From the NCBI GenBank assembly GCA_951406725.2, contig OX597827.1:52266001-52330000 (forward strand): a DNA stretch of 64,000 bases, given 5' to 3'. How positions within the stretch are numbered: the first letter of the stretch is position 1; each line of letters begins with the position of its first letter. Of the stretch, positions 53,240-64,000 are shown piece by piece. Source of the stretch: Octopus vulgaris (Eukaryota). The notes under the pieces were generated by a model. That model worked only from the letters and a program-made list of their open reading frames with translations, ran no database searches and was not told the origin of the DNA. The position numbers and the translations under genes were made by a program.

Positions 53240-56179
53240 TAGTTTCAGCTCATAGCCATGGCCATTCTTGAGTACTGCCGTTTTACTACACTGTTATTAC
53301 TGAGATCCTCCTCTAATATGTGGAGGTTGATGTAGCTACCCTGATTTGCTCCTCTTGCCATAGGTTCATCTGGGACTCTTGATAGGAAGAGGTTCAGCCT
53401 TGATTTAAAAACACCTACATCTACTTTGTGCAGATTCCTAAGGCTCTTTGAGAGAATATTAAAAAGCTGTGGGCCTTTGAAACCCAGGCTGTTGCAGTAA
53501 CTGGTCCTGAAGCACAATGGCATAGCTGGGATCTTTGGCACTGTGCAGTACCAACCTGTTCTGGCATTGATGTAGCTTTCAATGCCAAAATTTGGCACAA
53601 TTCCTTCCAGGATCTTCCAGATGTATATTACTGCATACCTCACCCACCTTCACTGCAGGGAGTAGAGCCTTACCTGTTTCAGCCTTTTGCAGTAGCTGAA
53701 CTGTTCCAAAGAGATGATCTTTTTTGTGAAGCTTCGCTGGATTGCTTCAAGGTCCGCTGTTAATTTTACACTGTTGGGTGACCATTGCTGGGAGCAGTAA
53801 TCCAGGTGGCTGAGTACGACTATCCGCCAGAGGACCATCATGGTTTCCTTATCTCTGGTTCTAAATGTTCTCAGGATCCAGCCAGCCAGTCGTCTGCACT
53901 TTGTCACCATCCTGGTAATGTGCACTTGGAAAGAGGTATCCTCACTCATGTCGATACCCAGGTCCCTCACTGATTTAATTCCTTGTGGACCAGTGTACCC
54001 TGTAAATTTCATATTCAGTTAGCACAAGTCTTGGAATTTTTCAGCATTAAACTGCATATTATCCTCAGCCCATTTGTAAATTGAGTCCGTCTGTGTTTCA
54101 GTGGGGTGATAGAGACTCTTTTGAACTGGTCATTCAGTACCTCACTGATCCTGGTTGAACTATGTGTGAGGGAGCCATCCTTTTGGAAGAAGGGTCCTAT
54201 CTTGCAGTGTACTGATATTGTTTCTTTTGCATAATGAAAGAAGGCCTTTGGGATTAACTTAATGTTTTTTATAACCCAGGCTTCTTTGTCTGCTCTCTTC
54301 CTCACAGGATTGTTGCAGGCTGTTTTTAATCTCCATTCAGTGTTGTTTTTAGGCAGGACCTTTTGCTACTTTTGGAATGTTGGTTGAGGCAGTCTGCAAC
54401 CTTTTGCCTATTGTCTCATGAGGCTCTTCCTCTCCCTTGGAATTTTGTTCCTTTTTGTGTTAGCCTTGTGCTCTGGGACTTATTTCTGGCATATGGTTTG
54501 CATAACAGACATGAAATTTTCTAGTATCCTTCCAATGTCTGGTGTGGAGAGGCATTTCAGCCAGTACTGTCTGAGGATCTCTTTTTACATTGATTTCCAA
54601 TCTGCTTTGTGGAAGTTCACATTGGAGAGATTTTGGGTGCTTCCTTAAGGCTGTATGTCTCTTGCTACTTTTGCCCCATATGGAAGCTCTATTATCTTGT
54701 GATCTGAGACTAATGTCAGCGTCACTTTCACATCATCAACGATGTTCATATTGTTTGTGAAGGAGAGATCCAAAATGTTATTCACTCTAGTTGATCTGAG
54801 TACAACTTGCTCCATGAATAGGGCATTGGTGAAGTTGAGCAGGGACTCCACTTGTTCTTGTTTGCAATGAGTCACTCCTGAGAGCATGAGGCCTTCCTGC
54901 CATTTGACATTGGGGAAGTTGAAATCACCCACAAGAAATAGGCTCACGTGGTGTTCCAGTTTCATGAGGATTTCTTTCATTCTTGTGAGGCAATCTTCAA
55001 ACTTGTCTATGTGGTTTGGAGCATCCTGTGGGTGATATGTATTGCATATGACTATATTATGTTTTCTTATGTATACAATTAGAGTATCACATACTGAATT
55101 TGAGTATGACAGTAAGACCTGGGGGTGTGAGATCATCACAGATGTGTACAGCAACTCCACTATGGCTCCTTTCCATTCTGTCTGTTTGTAGTATGGTATA
55201 TTTTGATTTGTGTACTTCTGCATCCTCTGTATCAGGGCTCAGATGAATTTCCATGAGTGATACACATAGGCTTGACTGCATGCAGCAATGTCTCTCAGGA
55301 AAATAATTTTGCTTTTGTTGTTATGATGCAACAGGCCCCCCAGTTTTCAGTAAAAATATTGGTGTGACAACTGTGCAGGCGTTAGGGGAGGCCATCCCAT
55401 GTCTGATTGTGGTGGTGGGCAACATTCCTTGTTTGTGCTTGATCTACCCAGGTCAGCTGCTGCACAATCTTTTGCACCATGCACAAAAAATACTTGCTTG
55501 GCTGTTGCCTTGTGTATAACATCTGAAGAGTGCACTGGTTTTGCATATTTTATCTTTGGAGGTAATTGATGCCTTTCCTCAGGGAAGTATTTCTCCTTAA
55601 AGCCCCTGTAGTTTTGGCGGGATCTTGGGTGAGCGAACCAGCAGTTTGTACTGTCTTCCTCATGCCAACATTTGCCTTCTCTCCTCTAGGGGTTTCGGTT
55701 TCCATGGGAGCCTCCATCTTTCAGTTTTTTGTTTGGTGGTTTGGGGTTTCAGTTTTAGTTATTTCACTTTTTCCTTTTCATTTTTCTCCCCTTCCTTCTT
55801 TATGTTTGTGCTCATGTTCTTTCCTTCCTTTTCTTGTGGTAGCATTTGCATTTCTCTAGTTGTCCAATGGGGTGAGTACTCTGTTCCTTTGTAGGACCAC
55901 TGGCACAAAGGGGCTTCTGGTTACTGCTTCCTTGGCTCCCTATTCTTATCAGCCTGGTCGTTCACAGGGGTGGGGTGTTCCATTCTTTTGAGGAACCATT
56001 TGATCAAAGAGACTTCAGGTTTTTGATTCATTTTTCCTATCCTTATCAGTCTTGCCACAGTAGTTTTCTATGATGACATCAAGAGTGTCAATGTGTGGTC
56101 TGATAAGGGCTTAGGGTTAGATGAATTCATTTTCCTTCTGCTCTATGTGATCAATGGTTCTACAGAAGCCATTGTTCTG

Positions 56180-56180
<1 letters not shown>
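53240..56180 (-). mobile_element. CR1-like LINE with APE endonuclease, internal RT deletion, ORF1 remnant and 3' tail
   Basis: ORF 54645-55223(-): ICNTYHP..LVGDFNFPNVKW..PTR-like..NILDL..SDHKII (APE). ORFs 53245-54305 match the 22486-24740 family; the RT core is skipped at about 54080. Confidence 0.88.
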
Positions 56181-56224
<44 letters not shown>

Positions 56225-56236
56225 AAAATATATGTA

Positions 56237-56602
56237 TGGGAGTGGCTATGTGGTAAGTAGCTTGCTTAGCAACCACATGATTCCGGGTTCAGTCCCCCTC
56301 CATGGCACCTTGGGCAAGTGTTTTCTACTATAGCCTCAGGCTGACCAGAGCCTTGTGAGTTGATTTGGTAGATGGAAACTGAAAGAAGTCCATCGTATAT
56401 ATGTTTGTGCATCTTTTTATCCCCCAAACATCATTTAATGACCGATTCTCGTGCATCTATATCCCCGTAACTTAGCAGTTCAGAAAATGAGACCAATAGA
56501 ATAAGTACTAGGCTTACAAACAATAAGTCCTAGGGTCAATGTGCTCAACTAGAGGTGATGCTCCAGCATGGCCACGGTCAAAATACTGAAACAAATAAAA
56601 GG

Positions 56603-56603
<1 letters not shown>
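56237..56603 (+). mobile_element. Full-length tRNA-SINE, followed by an inverted tail copy (56632-56682)
   Basis: GGGAGTGGCTATGTGGTAAGTAGCTTGC..GGTTCAGTCCC..CTTGGGCAAGTG..GCTCCAGCATGGCCACGGTC. Confidence 0.85.
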
Positions 56604-56635
<32 letters not shown>

Positions 56636-56704
56636 TCTTTTATTTGTTTCAGTCATTTGACTGTGGCCATGCTGGAGCACCACCCTTAATATATATATAT
56701 ATAT

Positions 56705-56999
56705 TGGAGCACTCCGTCAGTTACAATGATGAGGATCCCAGCTGATACGATCAATGGAACAGCCTGCTCATGAAATTAACATGCAAGTGACTGAGCAATC
56801 CACAGACACATGTACCCCTAACGTAGGTCTCAAGGAGATTCAGCGTGACACAGGTACAATTCATTTTTGCCAGCTGAGTGAGCTGGAGCAACATGAAATA
56901 AAGTGCCATGCTCAAGGACACAACGCGTCGCTGGGAATCGAACTCACGACCTTACAATCGTGAGCCGAATGCCCTAACCACTAAGCCACACGCCTTCAC
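56705..56999 (-). mobile_element. tRNA-derived SINE
   Basis: Reverse complement: GTGAAGGCGTGTGGCTTAGTGGTTAGGGCATTCGGCTCACGATTGTAAGGTCGTGAGTTCGATTCCC. Confidence 0.8.
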
Positions 57000-57607
57000 G
57001 TCCATATATACTCACACACACTTTACTTCACCCAAGGGCACATATGGAGACACACGTCCACACATATGGAGATGCATATCCATACATGCAAATACAGTAC
57101 ATAGTTGCAAAACACACATATGCACACACACTCAGACATGCGCACACAAAGCGACAGAAGTTCACACACACACATATACAAACACACACGCATACACATA
57201 CGTAAATCACACAAACATGGACATGCAAACACATGAATATGCAGAATACATACATACAAATGTACACACACAGATAGATACATATGCAAACACACACACA
57301 CACACATACATGCATGCATGTATAGTCACACACACACTGATCAACACACGTGCACAAACAAAAAGGAACGCAGTATGAGTAATGGACAGAGTCAACGACT
57401 ACTGAAAAGGTTGCAAAACGCAATGAAAAGTTTTGAAAAATGAAAGAGAAATAAGTGGTGATTTTACTGGTGAGTGTGTTAAATAATAAGGTACCGAAAG
57501 AGAACGACTCTCCTCAGACACAGCAGAATATGCTTCAACACACAAACTCACATAAAGAATCTTGCAAACCAAATCCAAAAATCGAAATATAAAATACATA
57601 TATATAT

Positions 57608-57862
57608 ATCTTATGGAGGTAGAAACTCCATAAGATGTACCCAGTGTAAGCTATGGACACATAAGAGCAGCAACATCAAAGGCAAATTAACTGAGAAGAT
57701 AGCTTTCATGTGCGGCAGATGCACAGGGGCAATAGACACCACAGATACTCAGAAAACAGATTCCATCACACCCCAGGGAGAAAAACTAGAAGTAGTTAAT
57801 AGTTTCCGCTACCTAGGTGACCAAGTTAGTAGTGGAGGTGGATGCTCAGAGAGTGTCACCAT
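57608..57862 (+). mobile_element. RTE RT fragment with short 5' inversion
   Basis: Matches the reverse complement of about 62090-62335 (GRNSIRC..FRYLGD); begins with the hairpin ATCTTATGGAG-gtagaaa-CTCCATAAGAT. Confidence 0.75.
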
Positions 57863-58597
57863 ATGAGCTGAAACTAGATCAAATCAAATCAGATATGATA
57901 TATATATAATCTACTATATGGGAAATTCTTGTGTAATATCTAAAAAGCTGACTTTCATTACATCATCATCAAAAACGACACCTAAGCCCATTCTACAGCA
58001 AAACTTAACTATTCTTAACCTTTTGTACTTTTCGGTTACAAACATTTTAAAGGTAGAGTAAACAATCATCACAATATAGAGCTCCATTGATGCTTGGGAA
58101 CTGGTCTGCCATTTCATAAAGTACATATATACCGACCAAATCAGCTATTTGTGTTGAATCAGAACTTCACATCGTAACATCAAAACTTGTTATCAAATTT
58201 TATCTACTGACAGTTTTTAAAAAAAACTTAATAACGTTCTGTTCATCATTATACACATCCATCACATTCTGTTAAAATGTCTTATTGATGAGTTTGGTTT
58301 CTTTCTTTCTTTCCCTGATGAGAAGATTACATTGTTTTACACCATCTTATTCCTTTCGAATAATACCAGTGCTGTCTTAGGAAGTAAAAGAATTTGAATA
58401 ACACCTGCGTTTAACTCCATTTATTTATTTATATATATTATACAAAATATTTCACATCAACCCGGAGTTTCTACCTTTACAAACAGGGTGTTGTGTCCGT
58501 ATTACTTTGTGATTTTTTGCTGCCCTAGTAACTGTTTATTTTTTCCGTGTTAATTGTAAATAAGGAGAAAATACACACATCCATGTATATATATATA

Positions 58598-60322
58598 CTA
58601 GCAAACACACCGTTCTTTGGACAGTTTAAGTTGCCTTTGTGGTGTTTTTTTCACCAAATAATTGAACTACCGAGAAGGTTTATATGTAGCATGGCAAGCT
58701 ATGTTTCCGATTAACCTAGGAGAAGAAACCAAATTGAAGGCTGGTCATTGTGGAGGTCATTGTACTTAAATAATAATAGAACATATAAGTTTGCAAGCAA
58801 TGCAAAGTAGAGCTACTGAAGTATTTTGGGAGTAGATTATGGATAATGACTACAAAATATAGTTGTTTTACGTGAAAGTGAATTTACTTGTCAGAAACCT
58901 TCACATAAATGGTGTAAAGAAATTGAAGATTGATGTTGAAACTTCCTCTCTGTAGGTTTATTTTATTCAACAGCAAAGGGAGCTATTTTTTCGGACAGAA
59001 GTATGATTGGTATGTTAAAAAATGGCAATATAATACCTACTTGAAAAAGTACCATTAAAGGAATGTATTTGTTATGTGCTTATAGTGTATGACCATTCAG
59101 AAATTTACTTCAAGTAACAAGAAATGAAGACATGAAGAGTTTGACTTCAGATCACGAATACTGCTTTGAATCTTAGCTGTTTGCAGCGAAAAGATGTTGC
59201 ATTTGAAATATCATAATGGATGGGTAAATAAGCATCCTTAAAGTGAAACAACACATTGGCAGATAAATAAAGGTATCAACAAATAGAAGAGAGGGAAGGG
59301 AACATCACTGTTCAAGTAACTCAGAATAGGTAAAGCTAAGCTTGCCAAAGTTTAATGCAGTTTAAATATGGATATTAAGATTGCTTGGTATTGGATATTC
59401 ACTGTGTACAGTTTTCCTAGTTAGTTTAATCATTGTCGCAGATGGACAGTCAAAATAAATAAATAGACAAGACTTTTATAATATTCTCTAACCAAGTAAT
59501 GAATACACAATTACAACATATAATTAAATAATAACTGGGGGACAGTCAAAATACATAAATAGACAAAATCCTTTCACTTTTATAATATTTTCTAACCAAG
59601 TAATAATACACAATTACAACATATAAATAAAGCGAAAAAGTGTGAAAACCACTAAAAGATATCTCTAATGCCAATCTATCTATCTATCCACTCAGTCAAA
59701 GTCGACTCTCGGTTACTCGTTGGATCAGTGTCCTCCAGTCAGTTCTATCCTGGGCCGCTTCTTTCAGATTGGCTATGTCCATTCCGGTATCACTCTTGAT
59801 GGTGTCAAAGCCAGCGGGTTCTTGGTTGGCCTCTTCCTCTCTTGCCACTGACCATTCCGAGCATGATGTCCTTCTCCAGGGATTTTCTCCGCATAATATG
59901 ACCGAAATATGCCAATCTATGCTTGGTGATCCAAGCTTCTAGCGACATTTTTGGCCTGATCTGCTTAAGAACTTCTCCATTGGTGAGCCTCACTATCCAT
60001 GAAATCCATAAAAGTCTTCTCCAACACCAAAGCTCAAATGCATTAATTCTCTTCTATACGACCATATAGATTAAAAAGTATGAAAGACCCTACATACAAA
60101 AAAACTATATACATACAACGAATTAGAGAAAAACCTTTGTAAATGACCATTTTTCCCAGTTTGTCCATTAACATGGGAGCTCTGGACAAAATGTTATAGT
60201 GCATGACCATCCTTGGGACATAAGTAATTTGCGTGTGTAAAGTTTGGGGAAAATCGACTGAGAATTGTGGAAATGTATGTGTTAGTCAATACACACATAC
60301 TCTGATTTATATATACTAAATA
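58598..60322 (+). mobile_element. Possible Helentron/DINE-like non-autonomous element(s), interrupted by an RTE fragment
   Basis: Starts TACTAG, has an internal duplication of about 95 bp (59444-59626), and ends with a DINE-like AAGTTTGGGGAAAATCG..ACACACATAC..TTTATATATACTAAAT. Weak, recalled resemblance. Confidence 0.35.
59690..60055 (-). mobile_element. RTE (BovB-like) 3' fragment
   Basis: YFGHIMRRKSLEKDIMLGMVSGKRGRGQPRTRWL; same family as 35325-36270. Confidence 0.85.
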
Positions 60323-60459
60323 TATGTATTTATGTGTATGTGTATATGTGTGTGTTTCATACATATGCATGTATATGTATGTATATTCTTTTATAAGTTT
60401 CAGCCCTAAGGCTGTGCCCATGTTGGAGCACCACCAGTATAATCACCTTTTCAATGACC

Positions 60460-60971
60460 AGTCGTATGTGATTGGTGAAGGATGGAATTCAACACTGCCA
60501 CCCTCTTTTGAGTTTCCTATCTTGATATAGCAGGAAGTCAAGTTCTTCTTGAAAACAGCTACCCCTACACCATGAAGATCCCTCAGACGTTTTGACAAGG
60601 CATTAAATAGCTGTGGACCATTGAATCCCAAGCTAGGAACAGACATGCAATTCAGGAGCTGGAATATCTTTCAGTATCAGAGTCTGGTGCCAGGTCCTCC
60701 AGGATTTCCCATACATATATATATCACTTCATACCTCTCGTCTTCCCTCCAGGGAGTAAAATCATAGCTCTTTAAGTCTCTCCTAGTAGCTCAGTGTTCC
60801 AGTGCTGCCAATCTTCCTGGCATTGAACTGCTTCAAGCTCTGCTATTAATTTGACACTGTTGAGTAACCACAACTGAGAGCAGTAGTCCGAACAGCTGAG
60901 TATGAATGTCCTCTAAAGAACCAGCATAGTTTCCTTGTCCCTTGTGGAGGTTCTCAGAATCCATCTGGCCA
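60460..60971 (-). mobile_element. Old CR1-like 3' fragment
   Basis: SLGFNGPQLFNALSKRLRDLHGV. Confidence 0.7.
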
Positions 60972-61043
60972 TATATGTCTATATATGTATATCTGTCTAT
61001 CTATCTATCTATCTATCTATCTATATATATATATATATATATA

Positions 61044-63825
61044 TATCATCATCATCATCATCATCATCCTTGTTTAACATCCGTTTTCCATGCTGGCATG
61101 GGTTAGATGGTTTGACTGAGATTTAGAGAGCCAGCGGCTGCTCCAATCTGATCTGGCAGTGTTTCTATAGCTGGATGCCCTTCCTAACACCAACCACTCT
61201 GAGAGTGTAGTGGGTACTTTTTACGTGCCACCAGCACAGGAGTCAGTGGGTACTGGTATCAGCCACATTTGGACAGTGCTTTTTACATGCCATCAGCATG
61301 GGAGCCAGCCAGAAGGTACTGGCATTGACCACGTTTGGTTGGTGTTTTTTATGTGCCACCAGCACAGGAACCAGTCAGGGGACACTGGCATCGATCACAT
61401 TTGGATGATGCATTTTATATGCTACAGGAACAAGAGCCAGTCAAGAGGCACTGGCCACAGCTGCAATTTTGGTTTTACTTGACTCAACAGGTCTTCTCAA
61501 GCATATCATACTGCCCAATGCATCAAGAGTACTCTTAAATGGGCCAGACATGCAACATTGGCATCGGCCATGGTGGCAATTTCACTCTAGTTGCCAGGTC
61601 TTCTCAATCACAGCATATCTCCAAATGTCTCGGTCTCCTGTCATTGCCTCTGTGAGGCCCAATGTTCGAAGGTGATGCTTTACCATCTGATCCCATGTCT
61701 TCCTGGGTCTACTTCTTCCACAGGTTCCTTCCACAGTTAGGGAGTGGCACTTCCTCACACAGCTGTCCTCATCCATATGTAACACATGCAGTCGTCTCTC
61801 TTGCACACCACATTTGATACTTCTTATGTCCAACTTTTCTCTCAGGGCACTTACTCTCTGTCATGTATGCACACTGACATTACACATCCAGCAGATCATA
61901 CTAGCTTCATTTCTTTCAAGCCCTACTCATGTCCTCAGTAGTCATGGCCCATGTTTCACTGCCGTGTAGCATGGCAGTTTGCACACATGCATCATACAGT
62001 CTACATTGCATCCTGTGTGAGAGGCCCTTAGTTGTCAGCAGAGGTAAGAACTCCCTGAACTTTGCCCAAGCTATTCTTGTTCTAGCCACTACATTCTCAG
62101 AGCAACCACCCCCACTACAGACTTCGTCGCCTAGGTAGCAGAAGCTATTAACTACTTCTAGTTTTTACCCCTGGCATGTGATGGAATCTGTTTTCTGTAT
62201 ATCTTCAGTGTTTATTGCCCCTATGCATCTGCCACACACAAAAACTATCTTCCTGGTTAACCTTCCTTTGATATTGCTGCACCCTTTATGTCTCCATAGC
62301 TTACACCAGGCACATCGTATGGAGTTTCTACCTATGCCTTTTCTACAGATCGGGCAGGGCCATCTACCTGAAGGGATTTGTGATTTGTCAGCCTTCCTAC
62401 TTACTAAGACTTTGGATTTTTACTAGGTTAACCCTAAGACCCTTCTAGAACTTGCTTCCACACCTTAAACTTCATCTCTAGTTCTGGTAGTGACTTGGCT
62501 ATTAGAGCAAAGTCATCAGCATAGAGGAACTTCCAGGAGCATCCTGTCTTGAATTCCTCTGATATTGCCTGGAGGACTATAATGAATAAGAGGAGGACTG
62601 ATCCTTGGTGAAACCCTACTTCTACCCGGAATTCTTCACTATACTCGTTGCCAACCCTCACCTTACTGATAGTATCCCTGTACAGGGCTTGTACAGCTCT
62701 TACCAACCATTCGTCTATCCCCAATTTCCGCATTGACCACCAGATAAGGGACCAGGTGACTCTATCAAAGGCTTTCTCCAAGTCAATAAAAGCCAAGTAC
62801 AGAAGTTTATCTTTGGCTAGATATTTCTCCTGCAGTTGCCATACCAGAAATATAGCATCAGTGGTGCTTCTGCCTAGCACAAAACCAAACTGCAGCTCAT
62901 TTAAGCTATCTCTCTCCCTAATTAGTTGGGCTATGACTCTCTCCGTAATTTTCATCACCTGATCCAATAATTTGATACCAATTGTAGTTATTTCTATCTA
63001 AAGCATTACTTTACCTTTGTAGCAGTTGGCTATGGTGCTGCTACACCAGTCATTGGGTATGACTCCTTCACAAACTACCTGATTTACAAGGCAGATGACA
63101 AGACCATAACCCACATCACCTGATATTTTAAGCATCTCAACAGTGATTCCTGATAGGCCAGGTGCTTTCCTTGTCTTCATATCCTTAATTGCTTTATCTA
63201 CCAGGGTACTGTCGATTCGGGTAGCTGGTCCCTCAATTGAGTCACTGTTTGGAAGACTCTCCTCCTCCTGTTTGTTCTCCACATTCAGCAGTCTTTCTTT
63301 GCAGAACCATTAAACGCAAGGGCACCATCATCCATGCAGACACATTTCTTTCCTATGACATCATGGTTCTCTCTCACTCACTGTCTTGCAATCTGAAATA
63401 TTTCAGTTCTTTGGTCCTCACATCGCTGAACATTGGCAAACTTCTTTCCTGCTACTCCCTTGGCTGTATGCACCTGTCACCTAGCTTCCCTTTTGGCTAG
63501 CTGATACAGCCTCCTGCTACACTCACTCCTCCAGGCCTGTTTCTTTGCTCTAATGGCCCTGTATTGTTCCACCACCATATTACCCTAGGTCTGGAAGGGA
63601 CTTTACACCAACCACAGATTTGGTTTGTGGCACTCAGCAAGCTGTTTCGCAGGATTCCCAGCTGCCTTCTATGTCACAGGACTTTAGCTCCTCCTCCCTA
63701 TCATCAAATTATCCCTAAATCTCTGACTATGTGAAGGGTTCTTAAACTTCCAAGTCCTTTTCCAGATTGGTCTGCTTTTTGGTTTCCTTCTGTCCTTGAG
63801 TCTAAAGTCACTAATAACTACTCTT
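61044..63825 (-). mobile_element. 5'-truncated RTE LINE (RT, embedded PHD finger, C-terminus, structured 3' UTR, (GAT)n tail)
   Basis: KAPGLSGITVEMLK, QFGFVLGRSTTDAIF, AFIDLEKAFDRV, GFHQGSVL, LYADDF and GRSRPRKTW; the 3' UTR matches 38450-39024. Confidence 0.92.
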
Positions 63826-64000
63826 GCTGGGGTGGTAGGTGGGGTGCACCACAGATCCACACACTCGCGACTGTGCCTGGAACAGCATTATATTTTTAAT
63901 CTACGAACAACTATCCCCTTCGGACTAAACACAACCCCCTCCTCCTAATGACTGTCTCTGCAACATAGCAACACATACATGCACATACACACACAACTAC

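Noticed and set aside
57490-57522. Minus-strand CTGAGGA GAG-TCGTT-CTC
   Set aside because: Not followed by GAAA, so there is no complete hammerhead core.
58311-58384. CTGATGA..TTC GAA..GTC hammerhead-like order on +
   Set aside because: GAAT instead of GAAA, with poorly pairing stems I and III; at best a decayed remnant.
45801-64000. HDV-like (CPEB3-type) ribozyme, or further CPEB exons/microexon
   Set aside because: I found no nested double-pseudoknot or RRM-like coding sequence by eye. A short microexon or divergent ribozyme cannot be excluded without a computational search.

Overview
This is eukaryotic, very AT-rich and microsatellite-rich animal DNA. The tRNA-head SINE families, RTE/CR1 LINEs and huge (TA)n tracts suggest a cephalopod (Octopus-like) genome; that assignment is inference. 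The only host coding sequence I can support is one large exon (ATG 43941 to splice donor at 45800, + strand). It encodes the Q/N/S/H-rich, prion-like N-terminus of a CPEB2/3/4 (Orb2-like) protein, and no RRM exon is visible before the window ends. A candidate promoter/first non-coding exon lies at about 7.3-8.1 kb, which would make most of the window intronic. The rest is TE debris: Helitron, Tc1/mariner, CR1-like and RTE LINEs, RLE-LINE fragments, SINEs, Penelope-like elements and a foldback-like element, mostly inserted into (TA)n. Most notable: (1) about ten type-I hammerhead ribozyme motifs of several families on both strands of the presumed CPEB introns, including a family with a fixed A6U core change and a sense hammerhead masked inside a 371-bp palindrome; (2) tandem arrays of a compact H-type pseudoknot motif in RTE 3' regions; (3) a PHD finger embedded in an RTE reverse transcriptase; (4) five upstream ATGs ahead of the CPEB start; (5) strand-biased G interruptions in the microsatellites that begin near the putative TSS. 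Nearly all Y/I/M/C-rich ORFs in the supplied track are microsatellite artefacts. Coordinates were counted by hand, and TE boundaries are approximate.
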